From Wickerhamiella versatilis (lineage: Eukaryota): a stretch of 64,000 nucleotides of DNA. This document shows positions 10,145 to 18,516 of the stretch, one piece after another (positions within the stretch are counted from its first letter, which is position 1; each line of letters begins with the position of its first letter). Under the pieces are notes generated by a model. That model ran no database searches. It was given only the letters and a program-made list of their open reading frames with translations, and was not told where the DNA came from. Where the stretch lies: contig JAQOWU010000007.1 of NCBI GenBank assembly GCA_030867685.1, positions 1,178,001 through 1,242,000 on the forward strand, read 5' to 3'. A program made the position numbers and the translations under genes.

Positions 10145-11386
10145 CTATATATTACGCATGCGAGTGGTAATATCCTTAGTCCATCCCTGGAGGCCTAAGA
10201 GGCCGCCAATGTCTTTCTCAAATTTTAGCCCTGGATCACCTGAAACGAATGTAATATATCCAGGTGGTCCACATACAACAGCAAAATTTGGTGAAGTATC
10301 CTTTGATTGCGCATAGTCTGGGTCTGCGTTTTGCTGTAAAGCGGACTTATATTTTTTGTTCTTTCTACTACCACCTTCCTCGACATTGGCATATTCTTGA
10401 AACGCCGTAGGCTGAGGAATATCACTCGCTTGTAAATATTTGTTTTCGTTGTCTACAAAAAAGTGAAACTTAGAGCGGCCCGCGCTCTCAAGAAAGAATA
10501 AGAAACGCTTCACTGGGATTTCCTCCCGACTTTTCACACTATGGAAGACATGTACAAACCCTTTAGGCGGATTGAATGGGGACAACAGGCACTGAAGAGC
10601 TGGGGCAATACCTGTCCCTCCCGTGTAAAAGGCTATGTTTGGTCCCCAGAGGTCTGGTGAGTCGGGCGGCACCCGCGTGGGAACGTCTTGCATAGGTGCG
10701 CGTGGCTCCTGCATGTCCGCCTTAGTGTAATTGAATTGATGCTCAATAAAAGGACCCCGAAGTTCCACATCAGATCCCGGTGGAAGAGAGTGGAGATAAC
10801 GAGACATTTCACCATCGGCATATTTTTTGACCAGAACTACAAATCTGCCATCATCTGCTTGTTCACCACTGGTGATTCTGAGGAGAGGTTCAGTTCCTGG
10901 TGATTGCATGAAATACAAAGGCAGAGGTGTATAGTGACGTCCGATCTGGATATCTGGATGTTTGACCTGAACGCTCCAAAGCTTTTTGCCATTCCATAGA
11001 CGTGACCCGCTCTTCATCAACTCGACTGAAGCATGATACTTAGGTGAGAGTTCGATGAGAGCGAGATCGGGGGTGAGCTCCTGCCGACACGTGACACGAA
11101 ACTTAGCAAATTTGTCGGGGGTCAAAATGCTAGTTTCTTCTCCAGGACTATTGAAAATATAGTTCCACGCATACAATGCCCATCCTAGGCCACCCAGCCC
11201 CATCAAGAGTGGGAAGTGTCGACGCCAGGCAGATGACTCTCTAGGGGGCTTTGGAGGGATACGTGGGGGTGGAGGATACTCATATTCGACTCGATGGACC
11301 CCTGAAGGAAGCTTTGAGGGAATATTTTCTTCCGCTTTCTTGACCAGGGCAAAGAATCTCCGACCCCTAAGATTCCCACGATACAT
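10145..11386 (-). CDS. CYC2: Mitochondrial FAD/NAD(P)H oxidoreductase, Cyc2-like (cytochrome b5 reductase fold)
   Basis: Basic presequence, one TM segment, RHYTP, KKYADGEMSRYL, GGTGIAP, VCGPPG. Confidence 0.8.
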   Translation of the reverse strand: MYRGNLRGRRFFALVKKAEENIPSKLPSGVHRVEYEYPPPPRIPPKPPRESSAWRRHFPLLMGLGGLGWALYAWNYIFNSPGEETSILTPDKFAKFRVTCRQELTPDLALIELSPKYHASVELMKSGSRLWNGKKLWSVQVKHPDIQIGRHYTPLPLYFMQSPGTEPLLRITSGEQADDGRFVVLVKKYADGEMSRYLHSLPPGSDVELRGPFIEHQFNYTKADMQEPRAPMQDVPTRVPPDSPDLWGPNIAFYTGGTGIAPALQCLLSPFNPPKGFVHVFHSVKSREEIPVKRFLFFLESAGRSKFHFFVDNENKYLQASDIPQPTAFQEYANVEEGGSRKNKKYKSALQQNADPDYAQSKDTSPNFAVVCGPPGYITFVSGDPGLKFEKDIGGLLGLQGWTKDITTRMRNI

Positions 11387-11414
11387 TGAGTCAGCAGCGA
11401 TTTAAGAAAGTTTC

Positions 11415-12398
11415 ATGGCCACTGCTAGCCATGGCGATCGTGTTTGGCAAGTAGCCGTAGATCATACGGGTTCTTACATTGCTTCGGCGAGCGATAATAA
11501 AACTTCTTGTGTTTGGAATACGCAGCTCGAATTACTTCACGAGTTTAGTGGCGTCCATCAAAAAAGCGTTAGAAGTGTTGCTTGGAGAACCAATACAGCG
11601 GAACCAACACTCGCAACAGGATCTTTTGATGCTACTGTGGGCATCTTTGTCCTAGAGAAACCAAAATGGGAGTTTGTTGCTCAGCTAGAAGGTCATGAAA
11701 ATGAAGTGAAACGAATTGCTTGGAGTAGACACGGTAATTACTTGGCAAGCTGTTCTCGAGACAAAAGTGTATGGATATGGGAGGTAGATCAGGACTGTGA
11801 GGACTTTGAATGTGTTGGTGTATGTATGGAGCACACCCAGGATGTTAAACACGTAGTTTGGCATCCCTACTCCGACCTATTAGCTTCTACCTCTTATGAT
11901 GAGACCACTCGGCTTTGGAGACAAGATGACGATGAATGGGTTTGTGTAGCGGATTTACAGGGCCATGATGCCACTGTTTGGGCGTGTGACTTTGAGCCCA
12001 GGGAAGACACTATGCGCCTAGTCACAGTCTCAGCTGATAAGACATGCCTCATTTGGGGTAAAGTAGGCTCATCTGGGGGTCGCGAAGGTGAGCAATTGCC
12101 TTCAGTGGCTAGGTGGGATACCTTAGTTGAGGAATGGGAATGCGAATGTAAACTCCCTGAGATACATACTGATGCAGTGTATGCAGTACGATGGTCACCG
12201 ACTGGTTTAGTGGCCACATGTGGTGCTGATGGCCGGGTAGTTGTGTACGCACCGGATCCCTGGCGTATCGTACATGTAATTGAAAAAGCACATGGGGTAT
12301 TCGAAGTAAACAGCGTTGACTGGCTTGGAACTCGCCTAGTAACTGGAGGTGATGATGGCCAGGTCAAAATATGGAACATTCCTGAAAACTTGCGTTGA
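11415..12398 (+). CDS. CIA1: Cytosolic Fe-S assembly WD40 protein Cia1
   Basis: HGDRVW, HQKSVRSVAW, LEGHENEVK, LASCSRDKSVWIWE, EHTQDVKHVVWHP, AHGVFEVN. Confidence 0.95.
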   Translation: MATASHGDRVWQVAVDHTGSYIASASDNKTSCVWNTQLELLHEFSGVHQKSVRSVAWRTNTAEPTLATGSFDATVGIFVLEKPKWEFVAQLEGHENEVKRIAWSRHGNYLASCSRDKSVWIWEVDQDCEDFECVGVCMEHTQDVKHVVWHPYSDLLASTSYDETTRLWRQDDDEWVCVADLQGHDATVWACDFEPREDTMRLVTVSADKTCLIWGKVGSSGGREGEQLPSVARWDTLVEEWECECKLPEIHTDAVYAVRWSPTGLVATCGADGRVVVYAPDPWRIVHVIEKAHGVFEVNSVDWLGTRLVTGGDDGQVKIWNIPENLR

Positions 12399-12643
12399 TC
12401 ATAACTCTATGTGAATCTCAATGCATAACATATGTTCCGTTTTGGGTCTTTTCTTTCGCATCGTACATATTTAATAAAGCGCTATAGGTATAGATCAAAA
12501 TTAATTTGCACCGTATATAAGATAGCAAGTTTTTAAAATAAAAGTTGGAATGCCTAACTGCTGAAAACTGTTATTATTGCCAAAACTTTCGGATTAGTAA
12601 TCCGAAGTGAATTATTTTTTGTCGGAAAATTTCACTTTCGAGG

Positions 12644-15600
12644 ATGAGCAGTATGTGGCGCCGTGCGGCGCCGCAATTGCGAGTTATGGGCTCTAGGGTG
12701 CTTTCAGTAGTTAGTACACCTTCTGTTAGTCGCCCAATCTCACGGCCTGCCGCCACCTCGAATTGGACCGGAAGCCACGGCCAGGCCTGGATGCTCATGG
12801 AAGCATGCCTGGAGTCTGGAAACCTTGAGAGAGCTGAGAGCGTTCTTTTGGGCCTTACAGAACTTGGAAGTGATGAGGATGTGCCCCTTGCAATCAATAA
12901 CTACCTACTTAGGTTAGTGGAAATGAATGCTGGCCGGCCTCAAATCGCGAAGGATTGGCTCAGTAGGGTCGAGCGTACAGTGCCTAGGTTCAAACCAAAT
13001 GATGTTACTGAAGCTATAATGCTCAAAAATGCGTGTTTAAGTGGTTCTGTAGATTATTTGAGAGTACATCTCAAGCAGCTGCAACCACCAAACAAACTAG
13101 CGGCTCTTGTGAAACACGTAGAGGTATTGGGTGTTCAGCATATCAAAAAGATAGCTGAAAATAACGGTGTTGGTGTTCCAATCGACCGTCAAACTAGCAA
13201 ATTGATCAATTCCCTGGAAGAGCCGTCTCTGCCGGAAGCAACATTTGACTCTGTACCACTCCAGGAGCCTATTCAGAAAGAAGGATTCGAGGCTTTGGAA
13301 CCTACCTACTCAACTGGATTGAAATCTATTCGTCATGTTCTTGGAGGGTTGCGATGGAATCGCAAGCATTTGAAAGATCTACCTGTTGTGCAAGACAAGT
13401 CACTTGATCTAAATAATTTTATTGATTTCTTCGAGCTTTCGAAGCAAATATCGGAAGACGAACGTCCTACATTTGAAGCATGGCTGGATAGGATAAATGA
13501 GGAACGTCAGCAAAAGGTTGAAATGCGAGGAATCGAAGCGGCTCGTATGAAGTGGAAAGAAATGTTTGAACAGATGGCGGAGATGGATAGACCTGGTAGT
13601 GGATCTTCACTAAATTTGGGCTTGGGTAAATTGGAGGCCCTGTTATGGCATTGGAGCCAGTCAATGACTCCTCTTGTGCAGGAGGAAATCGCAAAGTGTA
13701 AGGAGGTGCTAAGCTATGAGTCTCCTTCCAAGGTCCCTAAGAGCGTGAGCCAGCGTATTGGAGGTTCAGTTCATGACAGGTTTGAATATGGACCGTATCT
13801 GGTAAGTGCCAAACCGGAAAATCTTCCAGCAATGACCATGATGGAATTATTGCGACTAAACTCAACCCGAGGGGGAATTGAAGGAGTCCGCATTGCGAAT
13901 GCTGTACTATCTGTAGGGCGTAACGTTGAATTAGAATATCGTCTCAGCACTCTAAAAAAGAGGGAGCGTGAAACTTTGAAAGGTGTCCCCCAATCCAAAC
14001 GTCATACGCGTGCCGCTCATTCACTCCGTCGACGACTCTGGGAGTCCACATTTGAGGGAGTTTCAATGACATGGCCCACGGCAGTGAGAGCAAAGCTAGG
14101 ATCTCTTCTCATCAGCCTACTTATGCGTGTTGCGAAAGTTCCTGTTTATGCAAAAGACCCTGTCACTGGTGCGCCAGTAAGGGGTCATAGTCCAGCCTTT
14201 CATCATACGTACCAATACCAAAATGGCAACAAAGTTGGTGTGCTGCGGCCACATAAGCTAGTTGCTCAGCATCTCAGTGGAGAAAATGCAGCAACAATAC
14301 AGCCACAGCAATTGCCAATGCTCGTAGAGCCTCGTCCGTGGACTGCTTGGAACAGAGGAGGATACCATTACACCACTACAAAGATAATTCGAAGTCGTGA
14401 AGCACCAGAACAGCTTGCATACGTCATTGCTGCATCGCGTAGGAACCAATTGGATGCAGTTTATGACGGTTTGAATACTCTCGGCCGCACGGCTTGGACA
14501 ATTAACAAGGACATGTATCGGATTATCTCTAAGATTTGGAATTCAAAGAAAGCTTTTCTTGACATTCCTCCTCATGTTTCTCCTCATCCCGATCTCTCCC
14601 ACTTGAAGCAACCCGAGCGGAATGCTGATCCAGTGAAACGGCGAGAATATTTAAGAGAATGTAGGGCACTCACATTGCAAAATGGTGCATGGTATTCTCA
14701 AAGATGTGACCTCAACTACAAGCTTGACATTGCGAGAGCCTTCCTCGGGGAGCGTTTTTACCAGCCCCACAACTTGGACTTTCGCGGGAGAGCGTATCCT
14801 CTGAGTCCGCATTTGACACATCTTGGAAGTGACGTCTCGAGAAGCTTGCTAATGTTCTGGCGCGGACGCGAACTGGGCCCCCATGGTCTCCGTTGGATCA
14901 AGGTGCACTTGGCCAATCTTTGTGGTGTCAATAAAGCCAACCACGATGAAAGGGTTATGTTCGTCGATGAGCACTGGGAGGATGTCGTGGATTCTGCCAA
15001 AAATCCCCTCGATGGAAAAGGTTGGTGGCAAACTGTTGAGTCGCCTTTTCAGGCTCTCGCTGCCTGCATGGATCTTGTCCGTGCTGTAGAGCACCCAGAG
15101 GGACCTGAGAAATATCGTAGTCACTTAACGATTCATCAGGATGGCAGTTGCAACGGTCTTCAGCATTATGCTGCTTTAGGAGGTGATGCTGAAGGTGCTC
15201 GGGAGGTCAACTTAGCTGTGGCCGATAAGCCTCAAGATGTCTACTCGAGAGTCTTAGAAATTGTTCGTCACAAAGTACAAATTGATGCGGATAATGGCAA
15301 CATATTTGCTTCAGTGTTACTTCCAGTACTTACGCGTAAAGTTGTTAAACAAACTGTTATGACCCATGTCTATGGTGTCACCCTGGTTGGTGCGAGGGAA
15401 CAAATTTCGAATCGCCTTCGTGAAATAGAGTCTTTCCCGCAGGAGCAGCGTTTCCGAGCAGCACATTACTTGGCCACAAGAGTGCTTGGTGCTGTACGGG
15501 AGCTCTTTGAATCCGCCCATAAGATTCAAGATTGGCTTGGTGATAATGCCACTCGTATCACACGTTCAATACTTCTTCACAAAGACCTAGCAACAACGCG

Positions 15601-16459
15601 ATTTATGTCTAGTGTTATCTGGACCACCCCATTGGGCCTACCTATCGTACAGCCGTATCGGAAAGAAAAGAGGCGTCAAGTCTCTACTGAACTCCAAACA
15701 ATATATTTAACAGATCCAGATGAATTTGAGAGTGTAAATCCTCGAAAGCAGCGGACGGCTTTCCCACCAAACTACATTCACAGCCTCGATGCAACACATA
15801 TGCTTATGAGTGCTACTGCTTGTGGTAAGGAAGGTATAGATTTTGCCGCGGTGCACGATTCCTACTGGACGCATGCTGGTGATGTTGATGTCATGAATCG
15901 CCATCTTCGAGAGTGTTTTGTAGAGCTACACTCCCACAATCTCATCGAAGATCTCAGAGAAGAATTTAAACAGCGCTATATGGGTCACGTTCAACTTGTG
16001 GATATCCCCCTGGACTCTGAAGTTGGTCGTCAATGTGATGAGTTGGGACATAAGTATACGAAGATACATGGCCACTCTCGTGCGCCTACTATCAACGATC
16101 TTGTGCAGCTTGAGCTGTCAACTCCACCAGAAGAACCTACTCCCTATAGAATCCTCAAGAAATTGGCTCCTGAAGAGATAGATGACCTGGTTGCTAAAGC
16201 GAAGGCTACGAAGCCTTCTGCCGCGCGCATTCATCAGCAGCTCCGTTCAACTGAACATGCTGGCTCAGGATTGGATCGCATAGGGGAAGTAGAAGCCGCG
16301 CTGGACGCGGAAGAAGAACCTGAGGAGGAACCTTGTCGTCGTCGGACCCGCCAGCGAAAAGTAGTCCGAGTCTTAGCACCTCTTGATATTCCAGAGGTGC
16401 CCTCACGTGGAAGCTTCCATGTGAGCCAAGTACTAAACTCACCGTACTTCTTCTCTTAA
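12644..16459 (+). CDS. RPO41: Mitochondrial T7-like single-subunit RNA polymerase
   Basis: HNLDFRGRAYP, HQDGSCNGLQHYAALG, TRKVVKQTVMT, FPPNYIHSLDATH, AVHDSYWTH, C-terminal YFFS. Confidence 0.97.
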   Translation: MSSMWRRAAPQLRVMGSRVLSVVSTPSVSRPISRPAATSNWTGSHGQAWMLMEACLESGNLERAESVLLGLTELGSDEDVPLAINNYLLRLVEMNAGRPQIAKDWLSRVERTVPRFKPNDVTEAIMLKNACLSGSVDYLRVHLKQLQPPNKLAALVKHVEVLGVQHIKKIAENNGVGVPIDRQTSKLINSLEEPSLPEATFDSVPLQEPIQKEGFEALEPTYSTGLKSIRHVLGGLRWNRKHLKDLPVVQDKSLDLNNFIDFFELSKQISEDERPTFEAWLDRINEERQQKVEMRGIEAARMKWKEMFEQMAEMDRPGSGSSLNLGLGKLEALLWHWSQSMTPLVQEEIAKCKEVLSYESPSKVPKSVSQRIGGSVHDRFEYGPYLVSAKPENLPAMTMMELLRLNSTRGGIEGVRIANAVLSVGRNVELEYRLSTLKKRERETLKGVPQSKRHTRAAHSLRRRLWESTFEGVSMTWPTAVRAKLGSLLISLLMRVAKVPVYAKDPVTGAPVRGHSPAFHHTYQYQNGNKVGVLRPHKLVAQHLSGENAATIQPQQLPMLVEPRPWTAWNRGGYHYTTTKIIRSREAPEQLAYVIAASRRNQLDAVYDGLNTLGRTAWTINKDMYRIISKIWNSKKAFLDIPPHVSPHPDLSHLKQPERNADPVKRREYLRECRALTLQNGAWYSQRCDLNYKLDIARAFLGERFYQPHNLDFRGRAYPLSPHLTHLGSDVSRSLLMFWRGRELGPHGLRWIKVHLANLCGVNKANHDERVMFVDEHWEDVVDSAKNPLDGKGWWQTVESPFQALAACMDLVRAVEHPEGPEKYRSHLTIHQDGSCNGLQHYAALGGDAEGAREVNLAVADKPQDVYSRVLEIVRHKVQIDADNGNIFASVLLPVLTRKVVKQTVMTHVYGVTLVGAREQISNRLREIESFPQEQRFRAAHYLATRVLGAVRELFESAHKIQDWLGDNATRITRSILLHKDLATTRFMSSVIWTTPLGLPIVQPYRKEKRRQVSTELQTIYLTDPDEFESVNPRKQRTAFPPNYIHSLDATHMLMSATACGKEGIDFAAVHDSYWTHAGDVDVMNRHLRECFVELHSHNLIEDLREEFKQRYMGHVQLVDIPLDSEVGRQCDELGHKYTKIHGHSRAPTINDLVQLELSTPPEEPTPYRILKKLAPEEIDDLVAKAKATKPSAARIHQQLRSTEHAGSGLDRIGEVEAALDAEEEPEEEPCRRRTRQRKVVRVLAPLDIPEVPSRGSFHVSQVLNSPYFFS

Positions 16460-16632
16460 TTGTACATAGTTCATGAATGATGCATAGTTAACTCTCGCTC
16501 TTATATCATTTCAAGTGATATGGTCTATATTTTACTGCTCTCACTAGCAAAAATATTTACTTTACTTTACGTTACGGTCATGCAAGAGAACGGTTACAAG
16601 GTTCCTCCAAAATGTGATCCGGTCCAGCCGGG

Positions 16633-17406
16633 TTACGCTATCTTTCCCTGAGCCTCAAAACTCTGAATGAGCTTTAGCAGGGGTACTACTTCATTGCGGT
16701 CTATTAGCCCAAATGTCTTACCAAATGAGGTGAAATGGCAAAATAATGAGTTGAAATGCGGCTCCAGTGACAAATGCACTAGTGCTTCGAAATGATTATG
16801 ATACAAATACGCGAAAAGACGGAATTGTTGAGTATAAATACTCATGACCGTAGAAGCGAAATTGGGAGAGAACGGAACCCCTGGACGGGTTGGAAACAGC
16901 ATTGGATCATCTAGCTTCGATGAAATCCAGCTTAAAGTGTAGTCAACATAAGTTGATGCACCCAGACGGATCGGTTGCTTCGAAGCATCTATCCACAGAT
17001 AATCGCGACCGCGTCCCGCATTCATTGGAACAGAATCCGTGATTAGTTCAGAAAGCATAGAAATCACCTGTGTTAAGTACGTATTGAACTCAAAAATATT
17101 GAGGGCTAACCACTCGTTGATATCAACATACCGCGGAAGTTCAACGATAGTTTGGAAACTACCCTTAACAAGAGCTGCACGGACAAAAGGTTGTTGTTGA
17201 AACAATGGTGGCTCCTGCGACTTCATTCCGTGTATCGAAATCGGTTGGGTGACGCCAGGCATGTGTTGCCCTTGCTGCTGTGATCCACCTGTGGCAACAC
17301 TTACCTGACTTGAGTTCCTGCTGGAACCAATCTTATAAGGGCTATTGCTTTTTGCATGATTCTTGCGCTTGGATGATCTGAACCGGAGATTCGAGAAGAA
17401 CGACAT
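16633..17406 (-). CDS. MOB2: Mob1/phocein family kinase activator Mob2 (RAM network)
   Basis: PFVRAALVKGSFQTIVELPRYVDINEWLALNIFEF, FPT, HFNSLF.HF. Confidence 0.92.
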   Translation of the reverse strand: MSFFSNLRFRSSKRKNHAKSNSPYKIGSSRNSSQVSVATGGSQQQGQHMPGVTQPISIHGMKSQEPPLFQQQPFVRAALVKGSFQTIVELPRYVDINEWLALNIFEFNTYLTQVISMLSELITDSVPMNAGRGRDYLWIDASKQPIRLGASTYVDYTLSWISSKLDDPMLFPTRPGVPFSPNFASTVMSIYTQQFRLFAYLYHNHFEALVHLSLEPHFNSLFCHFTSFGKTFGLIDRNEVVPLLKLIQSFEAQGKIA

Positions 17407-17821
17407 AAAAGTGTCACCCTCCCCTTCCTGTTGTTATCCTGCCGAAAGATGAGTCAGCAACAGCGTCCCACCTGTCAAAACATTGCACTCTGGTTGGCTA
17501 AAAAGCATCCTTCTATAGACATCTCGTGTATAGATATTTTAGTACTTGCCCCACTGCTATTTTGATGTTCCTTAAAACTTTCTATAAAAGTAATTTATCC
17601 CGTCCTCTTCTTGTCAATTCCAAGCAATTCTTGCTAAGGTTAAGTGTTAAAAAGCTTAAACCTACGCCTCTGATAGTTGCCCATGCTAATCTCAAAGGTT
17701 ATAACTGAGTTCTCGCAGTCATGAATTATCCAACCTGTCTCAGGTTGTGTGACCTACAACTTCAACCATCTTAATAACCCGTTACAAGTGTGCACGGGAA
17801 AAAAAGAGTTGTCGAAAGTAG

Positions 17822-18385
17822 ATGCGGTCTGGTCTTTTACCTGACCATGTTATTCGGTCTCTAAATTCCCGTCGTAACCGCATATATCACAACCTGCCCC
17901 AAACTGGTGAAGCGCTTCGGAGACTAGCATTAATATTCGGACCGGCTATTGGAGCTTTGCCGCGACGGCTGAGAATTGAACTTATGGCCCCAGAATTGCA
18001 AGTTGATCGCCCCGTATTTAGCAATATGCATTTTATGGGCCAGAATCTACTGCAACTTTATCTTAATGCCGGTCTCGGCACCCAAACAGTTCTTCTCGGA
18101 GAAGGTCTTCTGGCAAAGTATGCTAAGTTAAACAAATTGGGTTCTCTCATTCTGACCCAACCACACATCTGTTTGTCACCAACTGAAATAGATCGGGCCT
18201 CGGTAGATCTGCTGGTGGGATGCGTCGCATCAATGCGCATTTTTGTAGGACCAAATCAATGCCATACGCTCGTAAATTCGAGAATTCTCAATGGTCAGAG
18301 AGGACTGAAAAACGTATACTTGGACGCTTTGGCAATGAGTGATCCAGTGTTGCATTCAGATGTTGCCGCATCTCCAAATTCATAA
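17822..18385 (+). CDS. Hypothetical protein, possibly a degenerate RNase III-like (mitoribosomal-type) domain
   Basis: 187-aa ATG-initiated ORF filling the gap between MOB2 and VPS35; basic N-terminus; FSNMHFMGQNLLQL loosely resembles the RNase III signature helix. Confidence 0.55.
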   Translation: MRSGLLPDHVIRSLNSRRNRIYHNLPQTGEALRRLALIFGPAIGALPRRLRIELMAPELQVDRPVFSNMHFMGQNLLQLYLNAGLGTQTVLLGEGLLAKYAKLNKLGSLILTQPHICLSPTEIDRASVDLLVGCVASMRIFVGPNQCHTLVNSRILNGQRGLKNVYLDALAMSDPVLHSDVAASPNS

Positions 18386-18516
18386 TCCCAGGTCAAAGAA
18401 CCTGTACCTATATATTTATTTTTTGCGTATGAATGACGAAACTAGAAAATTTAATGCAAGCTTTGCTATAGTAGAAAAAACCAGACTCCATTACTTTCGT
18501 CTCATAACCGGGCTGG

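Noticed and set aside
12644-16459. Phage T7-like RNA polymerase as a sign of viral or plasmid insertion
   Set aside because: It has a mitochondrial presequence and N-terminal extension; it is the standard nuclear-encoded Rpo41
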